64,000 nt of DNA from a virus (lineage: Duplodnaviria; Heunggongvirae; Uroviricota; Caudoviricetes): IMG/VR virus record IMGVR_UViG_3300021431_003088, one strand, 5' to 3'. The notes under the pieces were generated by a model that saw only the letters and a program-made list of their open reading frames with translations, ran no database searches and was not told the DNA's origin. Both the position numbers and the translations under genes were made by a program. Of this stretch, positions 17,833-27,012 are shown one piece after another (within the stretch, counting starts at the first letter, position 1; every line of letters starts with the position of its first letter).

Positions 17833-17860
17833 ATTATTTATATAAGTGTAGTGCGAAGTT
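17833..17860 (-). promoter_or_regulatory. conserved phage promoter motif, extended subclass
   Basis: tatataagtgtagtgcgaagtt. Confidence 0.45.
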
Positions 17861-17863
17861 ACA

Positions 17864-17895
17864 AAAAAAAAGAGAGCCTTTGCCCTCTACAATGC
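17864..17895 (-). terminator. terminator hairpin agagagcctttgccctct + T9 on minus
   Basis: seen in sequence; a second hairpin at 17912-17940. Confidence 0.45.
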
Positions 17896-18040
17896 TCTTG
17901 AGTTAAGTATCTAAAAAAAAGCGCCCCATAAGGAGCGCAAAATGCTTTGTCAATAGCCTACTTTTCTTCGGCTAGATAGGTTCTGTCACCTATCTGTTCC
18001 GAGTTATACGGCGACTGTTCTCACAGCCCTTTGAAAGAGA

Positions 18041-18313
18041 TTAAGCCCAAACTCGATGCTTTTCGTGGATAGACTCAATACCATCGTATTCGTCTATGAA
18101 CCACTCAACATCGTCGGGAATTTCTACGACTGTTAGAGAAGCAAAATCCCCACTGGCTTTCTCCCCGAGTGCTTCTACGCACTCGACCAACTTAGGATTT
18201 GTACGGTCATCGTCAAATTCGTAGCCGTAGTCATCCCAGTCTAAGCCCATATATTCATAGGCTTCCTTGGAGAGTCCATATCCTCCGAAACATTTGTTAA
18301 TAACTATTTTCAT
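18041..18313 (-). CDS. hypothetical acidic protein
   Basis: ORF track. Confidence 0.45.
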   Translation of the reverse strand: MKIVINKCFGGYGLSKEAYEYMGLDWDDYGYEFDDDRTNPKLVECVEALGEKASGDFASLTVVEIPDDVEWFIDEYDGIESIHEKHRVWA

Positions 18314-18335
18314 ATTATTACCTCCTTTGTAATTT

Positions 18336-18500
18336 CTACTTTATAACAAATTCATACAGCAATATTAATATTACTGTCAGGACAGTGCCGTACATAAGCA
18401 TTAAAAGATATGCTCCTGTAAAGCACTCAGCCATTCCCTCGTTGAAATCAACGAAGTCGTCCCAAACATCAATAATCTTGTCTAGGAATTTTTCTTTCAT
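18336..18500 (-). CDS. small hypothetical protein with C-terminal TM (start trimmed to MKEKFLDK)
   Basis: RBS AAGGAGGTG upstream of ATG at 18500. Confidence 0.35.
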   Translation of the reverse strand: MKEKFLDKIIDVWDDFVDFNEGMAECFTGAYLLMLMYGTVLTVILILLYEFVIK

Positions 18501-18519
18501 AAACAACACCTCCTTAGTG

Positions 18520-18714
18520 TTATATACAGTGACTAGGGTTGAACGCAGGACAAAACTGACAATCGAACCATCCGATGCAATGGAAGTTACCTTCTTCATC
18601 ATAAGCCTTGGCTCCTTCTTCTTCTGTGCCGAGAACAGCTTGCAAGTGGAGGTATCTTTCATCCTCTTCCTTGTTTGCGTACTCTCTCTCAAGGTCTTCT
18701 AATGTCCTTGCCAT
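18520..18714 (-). CDS. small hypothetical protein (start trimmed to MARTLEDLERE)
   Basis: RBS AAGGAGG upstream of ATG at 18714. Confidence 0.35.
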   Translation of the reverse strand: MARTLEDLEREYANKEEDERYLHLQAVLGTEEEGAKAYDEEGNFHCIGWFDCQFCPAFNPSHCI

Positions 18715-18795
18715 AATAACCTCCTTACTAACCCTCTTTGCACTTGTGCAAGGGTTTCTTAATAATGACATATTTATATAAGTTGATTTTTTTTG
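18715..18795 (-). repeat. ~75-bp RBS/hairpin/promoter cassette, copy 1 of 2 (second copy 19090..19167)
   Basis: ccttactaaccctct..gtgca.gggtt..taataatg.c.tatttatataagttga shared. Confidence 0.5.
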
Positions 18796-18838
18796 TAGAA
18801 TAAAAAAATTAGCCCCTCTTTCGAGGGGCGTGTCTGGG

Positions 18839-19087
18839 TTATTTGAAATTAGCAAGAAACATTTCTCGCTCAACTACCCTTTTAGGGTAGCTTATTCCGA
18901 AGAACAATTCGAAAGCTCTCGCCTCTTTCATTGCTTCGGAACAATAAGGCTCGTGGTATTCTTTATCTACCTCCGAACCTTCCCAAACGGAGAGAATTAT
19001 CTCTCCAAAATTCCTTCCTTGTCTAAATACCTGCCTTTTGTTTCGGTAGGTTTTGCCAAGGAAGACTAATTTTTTATTCTTAGCCAT
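18839..19087 (-). CDS. hypothetical protein
   Basis: ORF track. Confidence 0.4.
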   Translation of the reverse strand: MAKNKKLVFLGKTYRNKRQVFRQGRNFGEIILSVWEGSEVDKEYHEPYCSEAMKEARAFELFFGISYPKRVVEREMFLANFK

Positions 19088-19089
19088 TT

Positions 19090-19167
19090 ATTTTTCCTCC
19101 TTACTAACCCTCTGCACTCGTGCAGGGGTTTTTTAATAATGTCTTATTTATATAAGTTGAAAAAAAG
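19090..19167 (-). repeat. RBS/hairpin/promoter cassette copy 2
   Basis: see 18715..18795. Confidence 0.5.
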
Positions 19168-19194
19168 CACCACTCATATAAGTGGTGCTAAAGT

Positions 19195-19413
19195 TTATTC
19201 TTTTCTCTCCCTACCCATTAGTTTGAGAATGTCGGGATTAAGTTTTATCTTCTCTCCCGTTAATATTTCTAATGCCTTGATTTCTGCATCAGACATTAGA
19301 TATATCTTATCTGGCATATGGTTCACCCCCTTTATGCCGTTTCGAGAAGCATAGACTGTATTTCTTTTTCTACTTTTTGCTTCTCTAATGCTTTTTCCGT
19401 AACGCTTATACAA
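19195..19413 (-). CDS. hypothetical protein (alternative shorter start at 19317 with RBS AAAGGGGG)
   Basis: ORF track. Confidence 0.35.
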   Translation of the reverse strand: MYKRYGKSIREAKSRKRNTVYASRNGIKGVNHMPDKIYLMSDAEIKALEILTGEKIKLNPDILKLMGRERKE

Positions 19414-19495
19414 TGCTGGATGCTATAATAATCCTTTTCTGTATTCGCATTAAAAAGCATTTCCTTTAATTCTCCTAACCAAATCTCGCCTGCGC

Positions 19496-19741
19496 TCATT
19501 GGCTACCTCCTTTCTGTTTGAGGTATTGGTCTATTCCATAGACCAAACCTAATTGGCGTCCGTCATTCCATCGCACATGTAGTGTTCCGATGTCATCGAC
19601 AGACTCTACAACTCCAAGCGCACCCTCTTTGAGTGGCTGGGGCTCACTTTCCATTTTTACAAGTTTTACCAAAGTACCCTTTGGATATTCTTTTCTTAAA
19701 TGGATAAGCAACCCTTTTGATACAATAGGTACACTGCACAT
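19496..19741 (-). CDS. hypothetical protein
   Basis: ORF track. Confidence 0.45.
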   Translation of the reverse strand: MCSVPIVSKGLLIHLRKEYPKGTLVKLVKMESEPQPLKEGALGVVESVDDIGTLHVRWNDGRQLGLVYGIDQYLKQKGGSQ

Positions 19742-19789
19742 AAACTGCCTCCTTTCGTACCAACTTGTGAAATTTAATTCACTCCAACA

Positions 19790-19851
19790 CTACTTTTTTA
19801 TATAAGTTGAAAATAAATACATATAAAAAAGAGAGTGCTTACGCACTCTCT
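19790..19851 (-). promoter_or_regulatory. terminator hairpin (agagagtgcttacgcactctct + T-run) followed by promoter motif copy
   Basis: between helicase gene end and next gene start. Confidence 0.5.
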
Positions 19852-22109
19852 AAATTTAAGGATAATTGCCCTTCTATCTGAGAACTTTTCTTTTTTGGCT
19901 CGTCCTCTTTTGGAGGTTTCTTGAGTTTTTCTTGTTCTCTTTTTCTTCGCAATTCCCTTATGTTTAGCCTTGCAGCTAAGAAACTATTTCTCCCTTTCGC
20001 TTCTAATGGCGATTGTGAGGTTGAGGCATAAGCAATGCTTTTACTATCGCTTACTAGTATCACCTCTTTTTTTGCTCTAGTAATTGCTGTGTAGAGCAAA
20101 CTTTTTTGCCTATACGACTTGTATTGCTCGCCGAACATTACTATTACACATGGAAATTCACTACCCTGCGATTTATGTATTGTTAGGGCGTATGCAAGTT
20201 GAAGTTCGTTTATCATTGATGCTGTATAGAATTGTACATTTCCAGTCTCAAATTTTACTTCGATACCTTTCTTTTGTTCTCCGTGTGTTTTTGTGACGAC
20301 TTCGGTTATATAACCTATGTCTCCATTGTAAACATCTCTATCACCATCATTTACTAATTGCATTACCCTATCGCCTTCTCTAAATACAGTCTTTCCATAA
20401 AAATATTCATTCTTTTCTGGACTGTGAGGGTTTAGGTTTTTTTGTAGGCAAGCATTCATAGCATTTGCTCCAAACTTTGACTTTCTAAATGGTGAAAGTA
20501 CCATTATATCGTCAGGTTTGTAACTTTTTAACGCAAACTTCACACAGCGAAGTGTTGCATCTACTATGTCTTGTCCTACTCCTGCCAACTTGAAGTCTTT
20601 TCCCTCTTCGAGCGGAAGCTTTCCCTTATTGATTTTTTTTGCGTTCTTTTTAATCATACTGTCGTTTGCTTGACGGTATGTTGTATCAAGAACTGTGGTA
20701 GGTATTGCGTGGCTTTTAATCAAGTCTGCAAATACATTTCCACAATCAACTGATGGTAGTTGATCTATATCTCCTACCATAACTATCCTTGTTGTTCCTA
20801 TTTTTACTCTAGAAAAGAAAGCATCTGACAAGTAAAGGTCACACATACTGAACTCATCTACAATAATAAGGTCAGCATCGAGTTCTTTTACTCTAGGGTG
20901 CTTTCCGTCTTTTGGTATCTTAAGAACGGAATGGAGGGTTTTTGCTTCAAGCCCTGTGGCTTCTGCAAGTCGTCTTGCTGCTCTACCTGTAGGTGCTGCA
21001 GCAAGGATTTTTATGTCAGGCTTTAGTTCTTGGAAAGATTTTATTAGCTGATTTATGCAGGTAGTTTTTCCACAGCCGGGACCACCTGTGATGATAGAAA
21101 TTGCATTTTTATGCGCTTTTTCTATCGCTTCTAGCTGTTTTTCTCCCAGTGTTAAGCCACTATCTGCTTCTGCCTTTTTTATTGCGCTTTCGATTTTTTC
21201 ATCTCTCGCTTTTGGGACGGGCGAGTGGATAATGTCGAAAACATTTAAGGCCAGCGCTCTTTCTGTCTCTTCTGTTTCGCCCAAATAGATGTAGCCATTA
21301 TATTTAGACAAGAAGCCTTGTCTTATTGCCATATCTATATAAACTTCACAGACTGATGGCATGAGTCCTAGTGTTTGTACCGTTTGCTTTAATAAAGCGT
21401 CAGGTTTAAAACACACATCGCCACCTAATTGCAAGGTGTCTACTGCGTAGAGAATACCAGCAGCGACTCTGCCTAAATCCCTCTCGTTATAGTTAGATGC
21501 CCGCACGGCCCTAACTTTTTCATCCAAGAGAGGAAATTCGATACCCCTTATATTGCAAAGCAAATAAGGGTTTTTTTCTACCTCGTCTATTCTGTCGCCG
21601 TAATGTTTCTTTACTTGGCTTGAATAATACGGAGGCAGTCTGTAGTGATTTAATAAAAGAGTTACGTTCTGTTCAAGAAACGTGTTTTTTAATATTCTTT
21701 GAATATTTTTTAACTCATCTTCTGTCACAGTTGGAATTACTTCTAATAATTCACTATATCTTCCTTCATTCAATACATCTAGCGTCTTTTCGCCATACCT
21801 ATCAAAGAGAGCGATAACTTCCTCGCACGATAAATTCATACCCATTGCATTTGTCATTTTTTGCAATGTTCTTTTATTTTTGGGCTTGGAAATTTGCCAA
21901 CTAGTTGCATTGAATTTTTTACCCCCTTTTTTCCCAGAGTCGGTATATTTGCCAAAAACTCTAAGAGGGCATCCGATAAAGTTTATAGGAAGATTTCCCA
22001 TTACCATAAGCGAACAACCGTCACTTATAGATTTACCGAGCATACAGACGAAATTTTCGTCTGCGCTCAGTATTCTTAATGGAATGATAATCATATTATC
22101 TTCCTTCAT
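19839..22109 (-). CDS. RecD-like (SF1) DNA helicase
   Basis: Walker A ITGGPGCGKTT, Walker B IIVDEFSMCD, C-terminal SQGSEFPCVIV motif. Confidence 0.8.
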   Translation of the reverse strand: MKEDNMIIIPLRILSADENFVCMLGKSISDGCSLMVMGNLPINFIGCPLRVFGKYTDSGKKGGKKFNATSWQISKPKNKRTLQKMTNAMGMNLSCEEVIALFDRYGEKTLDVLNEGRYSELLEVIPTVTEDELKNIQRILKNTFLEQNVTLLLNHYRLPPYYSSQVKKHYGDRIDEVEKNPYLLCNIRGIEFPLLDEKVRAVRASNYNERDLGRVAAGILYAVDTLQLGGDVCFKPDALLKQTVQTLGLMPSVCEVYIDMAIRQGFLSKYNGYIYLGETEETERALALNVFDIIHSPVPKARDEKIESAIKKAEADSGLTLGEKQLEAIEKAHKNAISIITGGPGCGKTTCINQLIKSFQELKPDIKILAAAPTGRAARRLAEATGLEAKTLHSVLKIPKDGKHPRVKELDADLIIVDEFSMCDLYLSDAFFSRVKIGTTRIVMVGDIDQLPSVDCGNVFADLIKSHAIPTTVLDTTYRQANDSMIKKNAKKINKGKLPLEEGKDFKLAGVGQDIVDATLRCVKFALKSYKPDDIMVLSPFRKSKFGANAMNACLQKNLNPHSPEKNEYFYGKTVFREGDRVMQLVNDGDRDVYNGDIGYITEVVTKTHGEQKKGIEVKFETGNVQFYTASMINELQLAYALTIHKSQGSEFPCVIVMFGEQYKSYRQKSLLYTAITRAKKEVILVSDSKSIAYASTSQSPLEAKGRNSFLAARLNIRELRRKREQEKLKKPPKEDEPKKKSSQIEGQLSLNLESA

Positions 22110-22115
22110 GCCTTG

Positions 22116-23255
22116 CTACCTCCTTTCTGCAAGCGATTGTTTTATTAAAAACATCTCCCTTTCGTTTTGAGCATTGAATAAATCGTCAATACCCTTGTTT
22201 TGTCTATCCCATACTCCGTTTTTTAGATTCCACTTCAAAGAGCTAAAGCTACACTCTTTAGGAAGTGTGTTTTTCAACTTCTCAACAGCCTTTTTAATGA
22301 TTTCTGTCTTTTCTAACTCTTTTTCTGTGGCATCTATTGGGGGATATTTATCCATATCATATGCCTCAAGAATAACTTGTCCTTTTAAGCAATTCAGATA
22401 TGGTTTTAGACCTCCAAGGGAGTTTACTCCAGCAACACCGATAACGGTGAAGGCTCCACCTAGAAACTCGTAGGTTATTGTGGCTTTAAGTATTCCTTCT
22501 GTCACAATTACTATGTTGCTTCTGCCCTCTAGATAAGTTACTGGACTGTGAGAAGAACAACCCTTTTTCCTATTAGTTGAGGAAAACCAGATATACTTCC
22601 TTTTATCCTTTGGCTTATCTAGCCTTATCTGTAAACCCACGAGGGTTTTGTTTAGATAATCATATACGGGACAAAAATATCCTTCTTGTATATTCATATC
22701 CCAAAGGCCTCTTTTGTTTATATAGAAGCCCGCAACACCCTCTAAGTCATAACCTTTCTTTTGCAGTTTTCTTGCAATATCAATGCCTGACTTTGGAGTG
22801 GAACGAAACAGATATTTCTTTATCTGTTCGTCATTTAACCCTCTTCTTTTCAAGTCTTCTTTATGTTTATCTTCTAGTGTTAAGAGCTTTAACATTTCGA
22901 AGTAAACTTTTGTCTTATAAGAAGCTGGCTTTTCCTTTTGTGCCATGATTTTTTTTGGCACACTGACGCACTCTCTTTTTGTTACAAAAGGCAATTTTTT
23001 TATAATGTCTTTTGCAGCATCTGAACCAGTAGAAATATTATTCAGCTTTTTATGAAGTGAAATCATTCCTCCTGATGCGTCACAATGGAAACATTTATAA
23101 ACATTTCCGTGTCCTGCGTCTTTTGAAACGGTAAATCTACCTTTCTTATCACCGCAGAACGGACAAATGTAGGCTGTTCTTCCAATACCTACATTTTTAT
23201 TGATTTTTTGTAGCGAGTTTACGCTTGCTACATCGTAGATATTAAAATCCACCAT
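22116..23255 (-). CDS. DnaG-like DNA primase (zinc-binding + TOPRIM)
   Basis: CPFCGDKKGRF..YKCFHC zinc finger; TOPRIM-like IVIVTEGILKA. Confidence 0.7.
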   Translation of the reverse strand: MVDFNIYDVASVNSLQKINKNVGIGRTAYICPFCGDKKGRFTVSKDAGHGNVYKCFHCDASGGMISLHKKLNNISTGSDAAKDIIKKLPFVTKRECVSVPKKIMAQKEKPASYKTKVYFEMLKLLTLEDKHKEDLKRRGLNDEQIKKYLFRSTPKSGIDIARKLQKKGYDLEGVAGFYINKRGLWDMNIQEGYFCPVYDYLNKTLVGLQIRLDKPKDKRKYIWFSSTNRKKGCSSHSPVTYLEGRSNIVIVTEGILKATITYEFLGGAFTVIGVAGVNSLGGLKPYLNCLKGQVILEAYDMDKYPPIDATEKELEKTEIIKKAVEKLKNTLPKECSFSSLKWNLKNGVWDRQNKGIDDLFNAQNEREMFLIKQSLAERR

Positions 23256-23296
23256 ATTTATCCTCCTTTCTATTGTTCAAATGAACTGTCTATAAA

Positions 23297-23321
23297 TCTT
23301 ATTTATATAAGTTTTTTATTG
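23297..23321 (-). promoter_or_regulatory. conserved phage promoter motif copy (drives primase operon)
   Basis: cttatttatataagttttttattg. Confidence 0.45.
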
Positions 23322-23365
23322 TTAAATATCTAATTTTGAGGCGCAAATGGGCTATAATATATATA
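23320..23365 (+). promoter_or_regulatory. sigma70-like promoter (-10 TATAAT at 23354-23359) of plus-strand island gene; class CTATAATATATAT
   Basis: same 13-mer context at 41049 and 55078. Confidence 0.4.
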
Positions 23366-23379
23366 AAAGGAGAAAAGAA

Positions 23380-23868
23380 ATGGCAATAATCATTAACGCA
23401 AAACAAGCAATGAAACAAAGAAAGAATAGTATAGATGATATTATTAAGGATTTAGATCACCAGTCTTCTTATGATATTTTAAATACTGTAGAATTTACCG
23501 AATTTTATGAGGAATTAACAAAGATAGACGAAGAAGTAACCAATCTTATTCATGATAAAGATTTGTTTTCTAAAGCCGAGATTTTATTGAATTTTGGCAT
23601 AAGTATGGTTGAAAAATTTAAAGAAGACTCTGATAAGATGGGCGATTATTTATATGTGGTTTATCAAAAAGCCTCTCTCGTACTATCGAAAATCATTAAT
23701 GGTAATTATGGTTATGATAAGTATAAGATTGTGACGGAGTATTCGCTTAAAGAGGAAGAATTAACTATGGATGAAATAGAAATGTTATCAAAGAAGGCTT
23801 ATGAAGATTTTAAGAATAACGACATTCATTCAGCATTGGATAAGTCAATCGCTCTAATTTTCGTATAA
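23380..23868 (+). CDS. hypothetical protein (plus-strand island gene; start at MAIIINAKQ)
   Basis: RBS AAAAGGAGAAAAG before ATG at 23380; terminator hairpin 23897-23931. Confidence 0.5.
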   Translation: MAIIINAKQAMKQRKNSIDDIIKDLDHQSSYDILNTVEFTEFYEELTKIDEEVTNLIHDKDLFSKAEILLNFGISMVEKFKEDSDKMGDYLYVVYQKASLVLSKIINGNYGYDKYKIVTEYSLKEEELTMDEIEMLSKKAYEDFKNNDIHSALDKSIALIFV

Positions 23869-23936
23869 AGGGTGTTCAGCACCGATTTTCTCATCAAAAA
23901 AAAGAGTAGCTCTGCGCTACTCTTTTCTTTACAGTT

Positions 23937-24116
23937 CTTACAAATAGCTAAGTATCCCTACTAAAGCTATTAGGAAATATAGGCTTCCCAAGCACAGGCT
24001 TGTAGTTCCTGCAACACTTAGTGCATAAGACATTCTCCTTCTTTGCACAATGCTAGATGTTGCTATAAAGCACACAAGCGCACCCATAAGTGCGAACAAT
24101 AATGAAATTAGTATCA
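23937..24116 (-). CDS. possible small 2-TM membrane protein (~59 aa)
   Basis: hand translation MILISLLFALMGALVCF...; RBS-like GGAAGGGTAG; just below ORF cutoff. Confidence 0.3.
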
Positions 24117-24171
24117 TTCTACCCTTCCTTTCGATAAAACTATTCCCCCTATCTTTCGATAGGGGGAAACA

Positions 24172-26304
24172 TTACTGTAAGTACCTTTGCAATAGTCTTG
24201 ATAGTGTTTTAGCCATTTGTGACATATCTGTTATATTCATATATCTTTGGAGTCCGTATATGTCTTTTATGGCTTCTTTATCATCACCTATTGCTCCCAC
24301 AAATGTGTTCACACCCTTTCTTTTCAAGTAAGAAAGTTGATGCCGAATATCGGCTTTTACTTTCGCATCTTCCCCATAATAAAAGGGAAGTGAATTTCCA
24401 CTTGTGTCTATACTTGTAGAGTCACGTGGTTCTCCGTCCGAGAGAATAATGAGCAATTTATTTTCCTCTCTTCTTTTTGAGAGATGTTCACCAAGTAATT
24501 TGATCGGCAGACCATCTCTGTTGTCATAACAATACGATCTTAGGTATGTGAGCCTTTCAATGTCCTGCTTTGTAGTTTTATCGAACTCACAGAACACATT
24601 TAGATGGTTCTCGCCATTATCATAGGCTACACCATGTCCCCATATTGCAAGAGGGATATTCAATCCCTTGCAGGCCTCATACATTGTTATGCAGGCTTTT
24701 TGCAAGTAATTTTCCCTTGCATATTGAGCCATGCTTCCCGATTGGTCGGCAAGTATAGCTACCGCAAGTTTTCGCTCTTCCGAGGGCAACTCTTCTTTCT
24801 GCATCATCTTCCCGTCTTGTGAACTTATCTTTGAACGACAGATTGAGTCGCCAAAAAAGATACCTTCTTCTAGACAATCTTCTTCTCGAAACAATGGTGA
24901 TAGGTTTTTCTTGATATTATTTATACTCTTTTTCTGAGCTCTAATAATACCTTTTGCATCAACCCCGCCTTCACCATATATTTCGTTTAGTTCTGCAAAA
25001 TTGTCTGTATTGACTTTTATGATGCAATCTTTATGGATTTCATCCATTTTTACTTTTGAGATTTCTTTTAAAATCTCTTTTTTGAGTTTACTCGCCTCTT
25101 TAGCCTCTCTAAGTGCGCCTACCTCTTCCTTCAAGTCTAGAGGTTTTGACATTTCCTCGGCTTCTTTACGAAGAGATTCTATATTGTAAAGACTATTTTC
25201 GTCTTCTGATATTTCTTCTCTTCTTTTTGCCGAATCACTTGTCATTTTTTCAAGTCTCTCTTGTTCTTCTTCTGATAATTCTTCTTCACCTCCTGTGGTT
25301 GTTTCTTCTGCTTGTGAAGAATCCTCATTTTCTGAAGAATTTTTATCATCCGGCTCGTTTTCAGAGCTTGGCTCGCTTTTAGGGTTTGAGTCGCTTTTGG
25401 AGCTTGAATCGCTTTCAGAATCCGACTTTCCTTCATCTTTTTGATTTAGAGCATCCCCAATGAGCGGAAATGCATGGACTATAATGCCGTTAATTAGTTG
25501 CTGTCTCACAGATGAGTCATCTGTCTTAACTGCTTCTTCTAAATATGGCCTTATATCGTCTGCAAACTCATTAAATTCTGTATCAAAAAGATGTCCGTCA
25601 GAGTCACATCTGACGATTTCAAAACAGATACTTTTAACTTTTTGAATTGGAGAGATATGTATATCCATAAGTCTCTCAATTTCTAGTTCTTTATCTGTTT
25701 TTTTAAGTTTTGTTCTGCACAATTCAACAGCTTTCTTTGCGTCTCCTGTAAAATGTGCTTTGACCTTACCTTCCATCCACTCATCATCAATGATGTTGTC
25801 TAGCTCACTCGATAGGTTTTTTACAGCTATACGAGCATACTTTGACTCCTTCATTAATTTGTTGAGTTTTTGAAGGTTTACTCTATCCCCACTAAGGAGC
25901 TTTGGTTTTTCATAAAACTCTCCTTCTTCTAGAAGGGTTCTGCACATATTACCAAGAGCAACGAAGTCTGTATATCTTACATGCCCTGCCTCATGTGCAA
26001 CGAGGCCGTTTAGGATAAGCAACCTCTCCTCATCATCCTTGCTTTCATCAATAAATCTGTTTGCAAGGTTGATGTAGATGGCTCTACCATCTGTGTAGGC
26101 TAATCCCTTTTTTATTTCCTTAATTCTCATTGCAGTTCCATATTTGAATCCGCAAATAAAATTAGAAATGTTTCTTAGAATCGCCATTCCGTTTAGTTCT
26201 TCTTTAAAGAACTTTATAAAATCTTTCATACACTCCTCCTTTCGTGTTTTGAAAAAGCAAATTGCTACTATAATGTCTTTCTTATATAAGTTGAAAAAAC
26301 TCAT
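24172..26304 (-). CDS. large protein with N-terminal zincin-like motif (HEAGHVRY), central acidic/Ser-rich low-complexity region and C-terminal VWA domain (MIDAS DQSGSM)
   Basis: motifs seen in translation; resembles DUF2201_N metallopeptidase-like + VWA architecture. Confidence 0.6.
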   Translation of the reverse strand: MSFFNLYKKDIIVAICFFKTRKEECMKDFIKFFKEELNGMAILRNISNFICGFKYGTAMRIKEIKKGLAYTDGRAIYINLANRFIDESKDDEERLLILNGLVAHEAGHVRYTDFVALGNMCRTLLEEGEFYEKPKLLSGDRVNLQKLNKLMKESKYARIAVKNLSSELDNIIDDEWMEGKVKAHFTGDAKKAVELCRTKLKKTDKELEIERLMDIHISPIQKVKSICFEIVRCDSDGHLFDTEFNEFADDIRPYLEEAVKTDDSSVRQQLINGIIVHAFPLIGDALNQKDEGKSDSESDSSSKSDSNPKSEPSSENEPDDKNSSENEDSSQAEETTTGGEEELSEEEQERLEKMTSDSAKRREEISEDENSLYNIESLRKEAEEMSKPLDLKEEVGALREAKEASKLKKEILKEISKVKMDEIHKDCIIKVNTDNFAELNEIYGEGGVDAKGIIRAQKKSINNIKKNLSPLFREEDCLEEGIFFGDSICRSKISSQDGKMMQKEELPSEERKLAVAILADQSGSMAQYARENYLQKACITMYEACKGLNIPLAIWGHGVAYDNGENHLNVFCEFDKTTKQDIERLTYLRSYCYDNRDGLPIKLLGEHLSKRREENKLLIILSDGEPRDSTSIDTSGNSLPFYYGEDAKVKADIRHQLSYLKRKGVNTFVGAIGDDKEAIKDIYGLQRYMNITDMSQMAKTLSRLLQRYLQ
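26281..26302 (-). promoter_or_regulatory. conserved phage promoter motif copy
   Basis: cttatataagttgaaaaaactc. Confidence 0.45.
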
Positions 26305-26320
26305 AATAAGAATATGTTAC

Positions 26321-26376
26321 GATTTTGAACTTATATATATATGTAGTTATTGGTAGAGCAAATGTTTGCTCTCTTT
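26321..26376 (+). promoter_or_regulatory. promoter/operator region of sigma factor gene; contains 18-bp perfect palindrome AGAGCAAATGTTTGCTCT
   Basis: near-identical 54-bp copy (2 mismatches) on the minus strand at 42279-42334. Confidence 0.55.
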
Positions 26377-26394
26377 TTCGTTAGGAGGTGTTTT

Positions 26395-26931
26395 ATGACG
26401 GAAAAAGAAGTGGAAAGGCTTTTTGCCGAAACCGTTCCTCTCATAAAGAGAATGGCTAACTTTAGCGTTTATAAGACATACAAGATTAGTTCGATTTATG
26501 TAGAGGAATTTGAGTCTGTTTGTAGGCTCTCTTTCGTTAAAGCAATAAGAGGCTTTGATGAAACACAAAATGTTGATTTTTCAACATATTTTGTGACTAT
26601 TGCTAGAAGAGATATTCATAGGGAGGCAAAGAAAATCCTAAAAAGAAAGGAATGTGCCTACTTAGATAATCTTTCTGGCAAGACTACTTGCGTTGAGGAC
26701 GATGTAGTAAAATCTGACATAGAATTATGTCTTGAAGAACTATCAGAAAGTGCCAAGAGCAAGCGTGTGAAACAAGGAGCGAAAGCTCTTCTGTTACAGG
26801 CAGAAGGCTATACCTTAGACGGTATAAGCCATGAAATGAAACTAAAAAGAAGTGTGGTTGATAAGTATATGAGTGTTGCTAAGCAATTCATAAGAAATAA
26901 CTACACTTTAGAGAGTTTCAAAACCGCATAA
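26395..26931 (+). CDS. sigma-70 family RNA polymerase sigma factor (region 2 + region 4 HTH)
   Basis: region 2-like FSTYFVTIARRDIHR; C-terminal HTH LLQAEGYTLDGISHEMKLKRSVVDKYMSVAKQ; RBS AGGAGGTG before ATG at 26395. Confidence 0.7.
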   Translation: MTEKEVERLFAETVPLIKRMANFSVYKTYKISSIYVEEFESVCRLSFVKAIRGFDETQNVDFSTYFVTIARRDIHREAKKILKRKECAYLDNLSGKTTCVEDDVVKSDIELCLEELSESAKSKRVKQGAKALLLQAEGYTLDGISHEMKLKRSVVDKYMSVAKQFIRNNYTLESFKTA

Positions 26932-26935
26932 AGCA

Positions 26936-26976
26936 AAGCACTAACCGAGAATATCTCAGTTAGTGCTTTATTTTTT
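26936..26976. terminator. bidirectional terminator hairpin aagcactaaccgagaatatctcagttagtgctt
   Basis: seen in sequence. Confidence 0.5.
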
Positions 26977-27012
26977 CCTCTAATTCTATTAGGTGGTGGG
27001 TAGTTCACTCTC

